A stretch of DNA of 64,000 nucleotides, from the NCBI GenBank assembly GCA_021796115.1, contig JAJYOP010000002.1, positions 6,842 to 70,841 of the forward strand. The letters are read 5' to 3'. The notes under the pieces are model-generated. The model was not told where the DNA came from. It searched no databases and saw only the letters and a list, made by a program, of their open reading frames with translations. This stretch comes from a bacterium (GTDB taxonomy: Bacteria; Omnitrophota; Gorgyraeia; Duberdicusellales; 4484-171). A program made the position numbers and the translations under genes. Positions 34,668-42,969 of this stretch are shown here, in pieces (position 1 is the stretch's first letter; each line of letters starts with the position of its first letter).

Positions 34668-35341
34668 TATTTTAACCCTCCTTTGGTATTTTCCGCCGAT
34701 ACTTGGTCGACGGTATTTTCTATTGGTGTATTTTCTGCTGGCATATTTTCTCCATTTGGTAATGCTGCCTCTACCAAATTATCTTTTTTTGCCAGGACCA
34801 TAAAATCTTCTATCTTGGGCAAATCTTTAAGCGAGTTCAAACCGAAATATTCAAGAAACTTTCTTGTTGTAACGTATAAAAACGGCCGGCCGGGAACTTC
34901 TTTACGGCCTTCAATTTTTATAAGCCCCAAATCAGTAAGATGGTTAGTAACCGCATCGATATTTACGCCCCTTATTGATTCAATTTCCGCACGGGTAATC
35001 GGTTGTTTATATGAAATAATCGCAAGGGTTTCAAGGGCCGCCACGGAAAGTTTCTGCTTTCCTCTTTCGCGGTACATTTTTTTAACCCACAACTCATTGT
35101 CGGCAGAAGTGCACATCTGGTAGCCACCGGCTACCTTTATTATTGATATGCCAGCCAGGCGTTCAAGATATTCCTTTGTCAATTCCTCAATGGCTTCTTC
35201 GATTATTTTTTTATCGATGCTAATGATTTCGCAGATCTCTGTAATTTCTATCGGCCGCTCATTAACAAAGAGTAAAGATTCGATTATTGATTTTATATTT
35301 CTTTTGTCCAGCTGCGCACTATTTTGGTTTTCCAGAGCCAT
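34667..35341 (-). CDS. scpB: Segregation and condensation protein B
   Basis: Tandem winged-helix pattern ([34 protein letters not shown]). C-terminal acidic tail. Confidence 0.8.
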   Translation of the reverse strand: MALENQNSAQLDKRNIKSIIESLLFVNERPIEITEICEIISIDKKIIEEAIEELTKEYLERLAGISIIKVAGGYQMCTSADNELWVKKMYRERGKQKLSVAALETLAIISYKQPITRAEIESIRGVNIDAVTNHLTDLGLIKIEGRKEVPGRPFLYVTTRKFLEYFGLNSLKDLPKIEDFMVLAKKDNLVEAALPNGENMPAENTPIENTVDQVSAENTKGGLK

Positions 35342-35356
35342 ATATTTGTTTGTAAA

Positions 35357-35968
35357 TTATTTACGCTGCCGATAAATTTCGTTTAATAAATCTTCCACGT
35401 TATCTATGTCAGGTTTAGCCTCGAGCGCTTTTTTGACCATTTCGTCGATTTCTTTACTATTGTATTGCAAGCGTTTTAAAATACCGCAAGCTTCTTCAAT
35501 GATTTCTTTTTTTACGGGGGCCCTGGTTTCCTTTTCGCTTTTTAACAAGGCGAATCTTCCGACTTTACCCTGAAGCGAGGCAATAATCTGTTTTGCTTTT
35601 TGGATACCTATGCCGTCAAGCGTTTTTAAAAAAGCTAGGTCGCCATCTTCAATAGCGCGCGCAATAAGGGCAATCGGCTTATCAAAGGCCTTCAAAGCAA
35701 CTTTCGGGCCAATTCCGGAAATACTGATGAATTTTTCAAAGAATTCCTTTTCCAGGTCATCCACAAAACCTATCATTACCGGGACACCCCGGTTTTGATC
35801 CATGTTAAAGTAATAATAGATAACCAGTTCGACAATTCCGTCGCTGTTTTGATTAAGGCGGCCGGAAACAGTTTTTGGAATATGAACTTCGTAACATATG
35901 CCGGCAATATCAATGACCGCTTTATTCTCGTCTTTTTTTACCAGATTTCCACGAATTCTTGAAATCAT
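35357..35968 (-). CDS. ruvA: Holliday junction branch migration complex subunit RuvA
   Basis: MISRIRGNL, HhH motifs (ISGIGPKVAL, LDGIGIQKAKQI). Adjacent to ruvC. Confidence 0.9.
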   Translation of the reverse strand: MISRIRGNLVKKDENKAVIDIAGICYEVHIPKTVSGRLNQNSDGIVELVIYYYFNMDQNRGVPVMIGFVDDLEKEFFEKFISISGIGPKVALKAFDKPIALIARAIEDGDLAFLKTLDGIGIQKAKQIIASLQGKVGRFALLKSEKETRAPVKKEIIEEACGILKRLQYNSKEIDEMVKKALEAKPDIDNVEDLLNEIYRQRK

Positions 35969-36459
35969 TGCACAATCATTTTAAGGTTTCGTACCTTTTC
36001 TTCATGGACGAAGGCAATAACCAGCGAAAGCGCATCCGCCGTATGGATTGATTTAACTTCCCCACCGGTAAAATTCTCCGCCATTTTTTTTACCTGGCTG
36101 GAATTTACGCTCCCTTTTCCTAAGAACGCTTTCCTTGCTCTTGTCGGAGCATATTCAAATAAATCAGTATGGCTTTTCTTTGAGAGTAGGACCACAACGC
36201 CTCTCACCTGTGCAAGTATCCCTAATGTTGTTGGATGGCGATAGTGCGAATACAATTTTTCTAAAATAATAACTTTCGGTTTGTATCTTTCAATTTCTTT
36301 TTCTAATTCGATATAGATAAATTCAAGCTTTTCGGGAAAAGTTTGTTTTCTTGCTGTTTTTATTTCACCTTCTTTTATCAGCTGAACTTTTGCACTTTGA
36401 ACTCTACAAACACAATAACCACAAACCTGTAAGCCCACGTCAATGCCGCAAACTATCAT
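35965..36459 (-). CDS. ruvC: Crossover junction endodeoxyribonuclease RuvC
   Basis: GIDVG start, RNase H-fold length. C-terminal ADALSLVIAF motif. Confidence 0.85.
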   Translation of the reverse strand: MIVCGIDVGLQVCGYCVCRVQSAKVQLIKEGEIKTARKQTFPEKLEFIYIELEKEIERYKPKVIILEKLYSHYRHPTTLGILAQVRGVVVLLSKKSHTDLFEYAPTRARKAFLGKGSVNSSQVKKMAENFTGGEVKSIHTADALSLVIAFVHEEKVRNLKMIVQ

Positions 36460-36479
36460 AATCTATTTTGCTCTACCCC

Positions 36480-36551
36480 CCCCTCACTTCGTCCCAAACA
36501 AAGCTTGGGGCAATTCGACTAAATTATTTTTCAGATTTCCTATCTGAAAAA
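36480..36551. repeat. Second copy (inverted) of the GTCGAAT/CCCAAGC hairpin repeat, plus a 10-bp AU-rich hairpin
   Basis: The reverse complement of 36480-36522 is TTAGTCGAATTGCCCCAAGCTTTGTTTGGGACGAAGTGAGGGG, aligning to 30998-31041. Hairpin TTTTTCAGAT-ttcct-ATCTGAAAAA at 36527-36551. Confidence 0.85.
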
Positions 36552-36563
36552 TAACAAGTTTCA

Positions 36564-37325
36564 TTATTCCATCTCGGAAGCGATCTTTTCCATCAACTCA
36601 TCGGAAATGTCAAAATTGGCATGCACCTTTTGAACATCATCCTGTTCTTCGAGCGCTTCAATAAGGGAAAGTAGCGCTTTAGCATCTGCTGCATTAACTT
36701 TTACCTTTGAGCTTGGCACCATGGTAATTTCTGCTTCTTCTGTTTTTATGTTATTAGCTTTCAGGGCATCTTTAAGCTTTTCAAAATCCTTCGGATCGCA
36801 AAAAATTTCATAATTTTTTTCGCCAGTCTGGACATCTTCGGCTCCGGCATCAAGCGTTATGGTATATAAATCGTCTTCATTTTTAACCTGGTTTTTATCG
36901 ATAAAGATATCACCTTTTTTCTTGAACATCCAGGCAACAGAGCCTGCTCCGGCAAGACTTCCGCCTTTTTTGGAAAAAATATTGCGTATTTCAGCTGATG
37001 TTCTGTTTTTGTTATCGGTCAGGGTTTCTACGATAAGAGCTACCCCTCCTGGAGCGTAAGCTTCAAACAAACAACTCTCATAGGTAACGCCTTCAAGTTC
37101 CCCTGTCCCCTTTTTAATCGCCTTTTCGATATTATCCGACGGCATGTTCGCAGTCCTTGCTCTGTCGATTGCCGTACGCAAGCGCGCATTATTGTCAGGA
37201 TTTCCGCCGCCTTCACGTGCCGCAACCGTGATTTCGCGTATAAGTTTCGTAAATAATTGGCCGCGCTTTGCATCAGCTGCGCCTTTTTTATGTTTAATAC
37301 TTGCCCATTTTGAATGACCGCTCAT
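36564..37325 (-). CDS. YebC/PmpR family DNA-binding transcriptional regulator
   Basis: MSGHSKWASIKHKKGAADAKRG is the canonical N-terminus. SD GGAGG precedes ATG 37325. Confidence 0.9.
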   Translation of the reverse strand: MSGHSKWASIKHKKGAADAKRGQLFTKLIREITVAAREGGGNPDNNARLRTAIDRARTANMPSDNIEKAIKKGTGELEGVTYESCLFEAYAPGGVALIVETLTDNKNRTSAEIRNIFSKKGGSLAGAGSVAWMFKKKGDIFIDKNQVKNEDDLYTITLDAGAEDVQTGEKNYEIFCDPKDFEKLKDALKANNIKTEEAEITMVPSSKVKVNAADAKALLSLIEALEEQDDVQKVHANFDISDELMEKIASEME

Positions 37326-37395
37326 AATGACCTCCAGTTTGAAATCGTAATTTCCAAGCTCCAATTTCCAAACAAATTACAATTTCCAATTATTT

Positions 37396-37791
37396 TTATA
37401 TAAGAAAACCTATTGCCTCTTCGGCTAATTTATCGGCCTCTTCATTCTTTTCCCGATCGATATGCGTTATACTAAACTCTTCAAATTTAGCGATTATATT
37501 CTTTGCCAAAACAAAGAGTGGATAGATATTTTTATTTTTAACTTTATATTTTCCATTTATCTGCTCGCAAAGAAGCTGGCTATCGGAAAAAACTTTAGCT
37601 TTCTTTTGATTCATATCCATGCTTTCTACTAATGCAAAAATAAGTGCCATATATTCGGCAAAATTATTTGTTTGTATCCCGAGATATATTCCTTCTTTTT
37701 TTACAAGCTGACCGCCATTGTAAATTAAATAACCTACGGCAGCTTTTCCGGGATTGCCTTGCGAGGCTCCATCAATATAAATTTCAATCAT
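37396..37791 (-). CDS. rnhA: Ribonuclease HI family protein
   Basis: IYIDGASQGNPG, NNFAEYMAL, FSDSQL, EEADKLA (DEDD carboxylates). Confidence 0.8.
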   Translation of the reverse strand: MIEIYIDGASQGNPGKAAVGYLIYNGGQLVKKEGIYLGIQTNNFAEYMALIFALVESMDMNQKKAKVFSDSQLLCEQINGKYKVKNKNIYPLFVLAKNIIAKFEEFSITHIDREKNEEADKLAEEAIGFLI

Positions 37792-38519
37792 AAACTAAAA
37801 TCTTCGGGGATATATAAAATACGTACGCAATTTTCACAAAGAACCAATTCGCTGTACATTTTTATTTCGTTTATTTTTTGGGCGGTAATACGCATGTGGC
37901 ACGCACCGCAATTTTCCGTATCGACATTAACCGGCGACACTGCAAGCCCGGAGCGGGTTTTAATCAATTTTTCATATTTAGCCAGGATATTTTTGTCAAT
38001 ATCTTTGCTGAGAATAACTTTCTTCTCTTCGAGGCTTTTTAGCTTCGCCTCAATTTCTCCTATCCGGCTGGTTAAACCGCTTTCGCTTTCTTTATGTTTT
38101 TTTTCCTCTTCGGCGAATGCATTTTTCTCTTCTTTGCTTTTTTTGTCGGTATTTTCGATTTCGTCAAGCACCTTAAGCACTTCTTCTTCAAGCAACGAAG
38201 CGTCAGCTTTAAGCGATGCGATTTCGGTAAGTTTTGCCTGATACTCTTTATTGGTTTTTAATTGGAAAAGTTGCCCCTGAGATTTTTTTATCGCATCTTC
38301 TTTTGTCGCTAGGTTGAGTTCTTTTTCTTTCTTTTTAAGCTGCAATTGTTTAGCATTTTCCAGTGACAATTCGAAAGCTTTCTTTTTTCCCTCAAATTCT
38401 TTTTTTAACGCATCTAGCCTTTGAGGTATTTCGGCTTCTTTTTTAAATGAAAGCGTGTAGAGTTCTGTATCTACCTTTTGAAGCTCAACCAGTTTGCGTA
38501 TCTCGTCTTTTAGGTCCAT
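37788..38519 (-). CDS. COG1579-type coiled-coil protein with C-terminal C4 zinc ribbon
   Basis: MDLKDEIRKLVELQKVDTEL start. Long coiled coil. CGAC...CENC at the C-terminus. The ORF-track extension to 38600 reads through tRNA-Val. Confidence 0.7.
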   Translation of the reverse strand: MDLKDEIRKLVELQKVDTELYTLSFKKEAEIPQRLDALKKEFEGKKKAFELSLENAKQLQLKKKEKELNLATKEDAIKKSQGQLFQLKTNKEYQAKLTEIASLKADASLLEEEVLKVLDEIENTDKKSKEEKNAFAEEEKKHKESESGLTSRIGEIEAKLKSLEEKKVILSKDIDKNILAKYEKLIKTRSGLAVSPVNVDTENCGACHMRITAQKINEIKMYSELVLCENCVRILYIPEDFSL

Positions 38520-38541
38520 ACTAAAAATATTTTTTAAAAAA

Positions 38542-38615
38542 TGGGCGTATCTGGACTTGAACCAGAGACCTCTGCGATGTGAGCGCAGCGCTCCAACCAT
38601 CTGAGCTATACGCCC
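38542..38615 (-). tRNA. tRNA-Val (anticodon CAC)
   Basis: Acceptor GGGCGTA/TACGCCC. Anticodon stem CTGCG/CGCAG with loop CTCACAT. T-arm TCTGG-TTCAAGT-CCAGA. Confidence 0.9.
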
Positions 38616-38755
38616 GTGTCTCTCGTCCTGTGTCTATCGGCGTTGTGGCTCGTTTCGTCTACCGTTGAGCGTCTTACGTAAAATGCAACCAATATAAGAA
38701 GCGCAGCCTCCCCGAAGGGGACTGTGTAACCACAACCGATTAACGCAATCTCACC
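38616..38755 (-). other. GC-enriched structured spacer between two tRNAs (candidate small RNA or processed spacer)
   Basis: CCCC-UUCG-GGGG-type hairpin (minus strand CAGTCCCCTTCGGGGAGGCTG). Long-range complementarity between ATCGGTTGTGG and CCACAACGCCGAT. Clearly more GC-rich than other spacers here. Confidence 0.3.
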
Positions 38756-38829
38756 TGGGCCCGCAGGGATTCGAACCCCGGACCAATTGATTATGAGTCA
38801 ACTGCTCTAACCAGCTGAGCTACGGGCCC
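38756..38829 (-). tRNA. tRNA with CAU anticodon (elongator Met or lysidine-type Ile2; not initiator)
   Basis: Acceptor GGGCCCG/CGGGCCC. Anticodon stem GTTGA/TCAAT with loop CTCATAA. The TGGTC variable loop and overall sequence resemble E. coli ileX more than metT, which is not decisive. Confidence 0.85.
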
Positions 38830-38904
38830 GAAAAAAATGTAAATATCCAGGGTTATTCCGTAATTCTTTTTCGGCAACAGTTGCTACTTTATTGAAAATA
38901 ATAG

Positions 38905-38933
38905 ATTATAGCAACTTATATAAGGCATATCAA
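38905..38933 (-). promoter_or_regulatory. Sigma70-type promoter TTGATA-17-TATAAT for the tRNA pair
   Basis: The minus strand reads TTGATAtgccttatataagttgcTATAAT, about 75 nt upstream of the CAU tRNA. Confidence 0.6.
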
Positions 38934-39000
38934 GCATTTTTTACCGCATTTTGCAAGGAAAAATAAAGGTTGTAACGGATGAATCACCTTTAAGGCAGGT

Positions 39001-41019
39001 TTACGCTTTTTCTTGAATAAGCCGTTTGAATTCGTCCTCATTTAGTATAGTTAAATGTAGCTCTTTTGCAATTTTATATTTGGAGCCAGGATCTTTGCCG
39101 ACAACAATAAAATCGGTAGATTTGCTTACCGACGAAGACCATTTTCCACCAAGAGATTCAACTAGCCGCCTGGCTTCATCCCGGGAAAGACTTTCTAACT
39201 CGCCGGTGAAAACAAAGGTTTTTCCGGTTAGTACCGTCGTTTTTATTTGCCTTTTTTCTTCCTGCAAATTAAGACCGGCGTTTTTGAATTCGTTAATAAG
39301 TTTTCGCGTCTGGCGCAAAAAGAAAAAATTAACAACGGATTCTGCCATTACCGGGCCCATTTCCGGTATTTTTTCGAGGTCTCCGGTTTTTAAGGTGAAG
39401 AATTTGTTAATATTATTATATTTAGCCGTAAGCAGGGCTGCGGCTTTCTCTCCAATGTGGCGTATACCCAAGCCATAAAACAAACGAGAAAGCGGCCGAT
39501 TTTTACTTTTCTCAATTGCGGCAATAAGATTAATGGCTTTCTTTTCAGCGAATAAAGGCAACTTAAGCAAATCTTCTTTTTTAAGATTGTAGATATCGGC
39601 CAGGCTTTTAACATACCCCCGATTAACCAGTTCTTCAATTACGCTTTCGCCCATGCCTTCGATATCCATACAAGTGCGCGAAGCAAAATGCAGGAGCGAT
39701 TGTTTTATTTTTGCCGGGCAATTTGCATTAATGCAATACCAATATACCTCTTCTTCCTTTTCTTTGGAAATTGGCTGCCGGCAAACCGGGCATTGTTTTG
39801 GCACTTGAATTTTTTTAATATGCGCCGGCCTCATCGAGCTAATAACTTTAATAATTTTCGGGATAACCTCTCCTGCTCTTTCGATAAGGACTGTATCTTT
39901 TTCGCGCACGTCAAGCCTTTTAATCTCATCAAAATTATGCAAGGTTGAGCGCGAAATAGTGACTCCGGCGCACTCTACAGGCTTAAGTAATGCCACGGGG
40001 GTAATTATACCAGTCCTGCCGACGCTAAATTCTATTTTTTCAACCACAGTTGTAGCCTGATGCGCGGGAAATTTATAAGCTACCGCCCACCGCGGCGATT
40101 TCATGGTAGTTCCAAGGATATCCCGTAATTTGTAATCGTCCACTTTTATAACCATACCATCTATTTCGTAACTTAATGCATCGCGTTTGCCCTCCCACTT
40201 CATGCAATAATCTATGGCTTCATCTAAATTAGTGCAGAATTTATTATGCTGATTAACCCGCAAACCCCAGTTTTTTACTTTTTCAAAAAAATCCCTGTGG
40301 GTTTTAAATTCAGCCCCGCGAGACAAGCCGAATGAGTGTACAAGGCAATTCAGATTTCTTTTGGCAACCAGTGATGGCGAAAGTAATTTTAGCGATCCGC
40401 TAGCCGCATTGCGCGGATTGGCAAAAAGTTGCTCGCCGTTTTTAAGGCGCACTTTATTAATTATTTCCAGCTCTTTTTTATCCATGTAAATCTCGCCTCT
40501 TACCTCTAGGAGCTGGGGAATATTCTGACCGATTAACTTTAAAGGTATGGATTTTATGGTCCGGATATTTGCAGTCACATCTTCTCCGACTTCGCCATCA
40601 CCTCTTGTGGCACCTACAGTGAGCATCCCGGATTTATAGATAAGCGAGCAACTCACCCCGTCTATCTTCGGCTCAACTACATAATGCAATTGAAAATTAC
40701 CCTTAAGCATTTTTTTTATTTTCGTTTCCCAATCCTTAAGTTCTTCCACCGAATAAGTATTATCGAGCGAAAGCATTTTGATTTCATGTTTAACGGTGGC
40801 AAAGCCCTCAAGAATGCCTCCGGAGACTCTTTGTGTCGGTGAATCAGGAGTTAAGAATTGCGGATATTTTTCCTCAAAACTTTTTAAATGTTTTAGAAGA
40901 ACATCATATTCTTTATCGGAAATTTCCGGTTGCGATAAAACATAATACTTATAGTCGGCACCACGAATCTCTTTTTTTAATTTTTCAATTTCTTTTTTAA
41001 CTGTTTCTGGATTTTCCAT
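39001..41019 (-). CDS. ligA: NAD-dependent DNA ligase
   Basis: Adenylation motif EPKIDGVS. Zn finger CPVC...C..C. HhH and BRCT regions. 672 aa. Confidence 0.95.
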   Translation of the reverse strand: MENPETVKKEIEKLKKEIRGADYKYYVLSQPEISDKEYDVLLKHLKSFEEKYPQFLTPDSPTQRVSGGILEGFATVKHEIKMLSLDNTYSVEELKDWETKIKKMLKGNFQLHYVVEPKIDGVSCSLIYKSGMLTVGATRGDGEVGEDVTANIRTIKSIPLKLIGQNIPQLLEVRGEIYMDKKELEIINKVRLKNGEQLFANPRNAASGSLKLLSPSLVAKRNLNCLVHSFGLSRGAEFKTHRDFFEKVKNWGLRVNQHNKFCTNLDEAIDYCMKWEGKRDALSYEIDGMVIKVDDYKLRDILGTTMKSPRWAVAYKFPAHQATTVVEKIEFSVGRTGIITPVALLKPVECAGVTISRSTLHNFDEIKRLDVREKDTVLIERAGEVIPKIIKVISSMRPAHIKKIQVPKQCPVCRQPISKEKEEEVYWYCINANCPAKIKQSLLHFASRTCMDIEGMGESVIEELVNRGYVKSLADIYNLKKEDLLKLPLFAEKKAINLIAAIEKSKNRPLSRLFYGLGIRHIGEKAAALLTAKYNNINKFFTLKTGDLEKIPEMGPVMAESVVNFFFLRQTRKLINEFKNAGLNLQEEKRQIKTTVLTGKTFVFTGELESLSRDEARRLVESLGGKWSSSVSKSTDFIVVGKDPGSKYKIAKELHLTILNEDEFKRLIQEKA

Positions 41020-41024
41020 AGTAT

Positions 41025-41750
41025 TTATAGACCTATAAAAAGTCTTGAAGCAAGCATTTGCGGCAGGCCTGCTTTAATAATTTTCTCTGCCGCAAGATTA
41101 ATATTATAATCTAAGCGCACGATTCTTGCCAGTTTTTCCTCTGTATCATAAATGCAGAACGAAAGTCTTCTGTCTCTATCCCGCGGTTGGCCAATGCTGC
41201 CCACATTTATAATATAGCGCTCATTATCCTTAATGGCGATTTCCGTATAAGGATGGAAAAATGCTCCGCCGGAACTCTCGTAATAGATTTGCGCTTTGTG
41301 GGAGTGCCCAACAAAAAGTATTTGTTTTTTAAAAAGCGTGAAATTCATCCGGGCATCGTTTAGACCTAGCAAATAATGAAACTCTTGCGGGTCATTAAGT
41401 GTTCCATGCACACAGAAAAAATTCTTTTCTTCGTAGATAAGCGGGGATACATTGATAAATCTGGTTTCTTCCTGGCTGATTATTTTTTTTGTCCAGATAA
41501 TCGCCTCTACTGCATATTCGTTAAAATATTCAGCGTCTAGTTTATCAACTACCCCCCAATCGTGGTTACCAGCAATAGAAACCGGATTTAAATCGGAAAG
41601 TAACGCGATAACTTCTTTAGGGTTTGCGCCGTAGCCCACAATATCGCCCAGAAATATATAGCGGTCTATTTTTTCTTTTTTGCAGAATCGTACAGCTTCC
41701 TTGAAGGCCTCTAGATTGCTATGGATATCGGAAATGAATGCGTAGCGCAT
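41025..41750 (-). CDS. Metallophosphoesterase (YfcE/MJ0936-like)
   Basis: ISDIHSN, LGDIVGYG, GNHD, GHSH motifs. Confidence 0.8.
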   Translation of the reverse strand: MRYAFISDIHSNLEAFKEAVRFCKKEKIDRYIFLGDIVGYGANPKEVIALLSDLNPVSIAGNHDWGVVDKLDAEYFNEYAVEAIIWTKKIISQEETRFINVSPLIYEEKNFFCVHGTLNDPQEFHYLLGLNDARMNFTLFKKQILFVGHSHKAQIYYESSGGAFFHPYTEIAIKDNERYIINVGSIGQPRDRDRRLSFCIYDTEEKLARIVRLDYNINLAAEKIIKAGLPQMLASRLFIGL

Positions 41751-41755
41751 GAAAA

Positions 41756-42034
41756 CTAACGCAAAAATTTTATATAAAAACCTGTTTCTTTGCTAAGCGA
41801 AGCGATCTCCTCTTTTCCAACGCCGGAAATATAACTTTTAAACCCCGTCCTTAAATCATCTAAAAATTTTTTTATATCCGCTTCGTCTCCTTCGATTTCA
41901 AGCTCAACTCTGCCATCAACCAAATTTGCGGCCCAGCCCGTTAATGAATATTTCTCGGCAAGCGCGCGCGCCGTATAACGGAAGCCTACCCCCTGAACAG
42001 TACCGGAAAAAATGAAATGGTATCTTTTATGCAT
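41756..42034 (-). CDS. acyP: Acylphosphatase
   Basis: SGTVQGVGFRYTA and GWAANLVDGRVE signatures. 92 aa. Confidence 0.85.
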   Translation of the reverse strand: MHKRYHFIFSGTVQGVGFRYTARALAEKYSLTGWAANLVDGRVELEIEGDEADIKKFLDDLRTGFKSYISGVGKEEIASLSKETGFYIKFLR

Positions 42035-42036
42035 AT

Positions 42037-42966
42037 TTATTCGAATTTGTCGCCCACGGCCACCTTATGCCCGATAACAAACGAATAAGCATCCATCTCA
42101 TTTTTTCCTTGCGGCTTGAGACGCTTTATTTTCAATAAATTTCTTGTCGTCGAGACATAAATGCCTTCTTTGTCGATTCTATCGATTATTGACGGCTTAT
42201 TTTGTGGCTGCTCAAAGATTACTTCGGAATCGATAATTTTTATCATCTTATTTTTATAATATGCATAAGCTGACGGCCAGCCAAGTGTCGCACGCACTAA
42301 ATTCCGTATGCGTATTGCCTCGGTACCCCAATTTATCTTTCCATCTTCTTTGGCTAGTTTTGGCGCAAAGGATGAAAATTCTTCGCTCTGCGGTTTTAAA
42401 GCGCAGATACATTTTTTAAGCCCGGGTATCGCTTCGATCAAAACTTTAACGCCCTCGATAGCCAGCTTCGCGTGTAAAGTGTAGGCATTGTCAGCATCGT
42501 TTATCGGAATCTTTTTCTGCAAAACCACGTCTCCGGTATCAAGCCCTTCATTCATTTTAAAAATTGAAACCCCGGTCTCTTTATCGCCGTTGATTAATGC
42601 CCAGTTTATGGGCGCGGGACCACGATAAGCCGGAAGCAAGGAAGGATGGACACCAAGCGGAGCAATTTTTGGCAAAGAAAGCAATTCTTTTGGCAAAATC
42701 TTTCCATAATCAGCAATTATAAACAAATCTGCCGCAAAGCCAGCTATTTCATTAATAACCTTTCCGCTTTTAAGCGAAGATGGTTTTATTAGCGCTATGT
42801 TTGTCTTTTGTGCATATTCGCTTACTTCAGTAGGGTTAGATTTCAGGCCTCTTCCTTTGGGTTTGTCCGGTTGGCTGACAATAAGCGCCGGCACAAACCC
42901 GGCACGGCAAAGGTTCTCCAAGACGATGAGGGAAAATTTTGAACTTCCGAAATAAATAATTTTCAT
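42037..42966 (-). CDS. fmt: Methionyl-tRNA formyltransferase
   Basis: MKIIYFGSS, HPSLLPAYRGPAPI, ETGVSIFKM..LDTGDV. Confidence 0.9.
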   Translation of the reverse strand: MKIIYFGSSKFSLIVLENLCRAGFVPALIVSQPDKPKGRGLKSNPTEVSEYAQKTNIALIKPSSLKSGKVINEIAGFAADLFIIADYGKILPKELLSLPKIAPLGVHPSLLPAYRGPAPINWALINGDKETGVSIFKMNEGLDTGDVVLQKKIPINDADNAYTLHAKLAIEGVKVLIEAIPGLKKCICALKPQSEEFSSFAPKLAKEDGKINWGTEAIRIRNLVRATLGWPSAYAYYKNKMIKIIDSEVIFEQPQNKPSIIDRIDKEGIYVSTTRNLLKIKRLKPQGKNEMDAYSFVIGHKVAVGDKFE

Positions 42967-42969
42967 AAC

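Noticed and set aside
34626-35123. 165-aa plus-strand ORF; similar long antisense ORFs at 37759-38241, 39026-39478, 7017-7451, 43517-43960 and 10672-11070
   Set aside because: All lie entirely inside confidently identified genes on the opposite strand and have no recognisable motifs. They are treated as shadow ORFs.
37349-37389. Three direct copies of AATTTCCAA (37349, 37363, 37381) as a possible iteron or operator upstream of the yebC-family gene
   Set aside because: Spacing is irregular (14 and 18 nt), and there is no inverted partner and no second locus in the window. It is noted only as another example of word repetition in spacers.
38520-38600. N-terminal extension of the COG1579-type gene (ORF track 37788-38600)
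   Set aside because: The extension is the reverse complement of tRNA-Val. A proper ATG at 38519 begins the conserved MDLKDEI N-terminus.
38616-38755. Possible SRP RNA, 5S rRNA or a third tRNA in the inter-tRNA spacer
   Set aside because: No GGAA-tetraloop/AGCA symmetric-loop SRP motif, no 5S loop-E/CCGAAC signatures and no cloverleaf could be drawn. It is retained only as an unclassified structured spacer.
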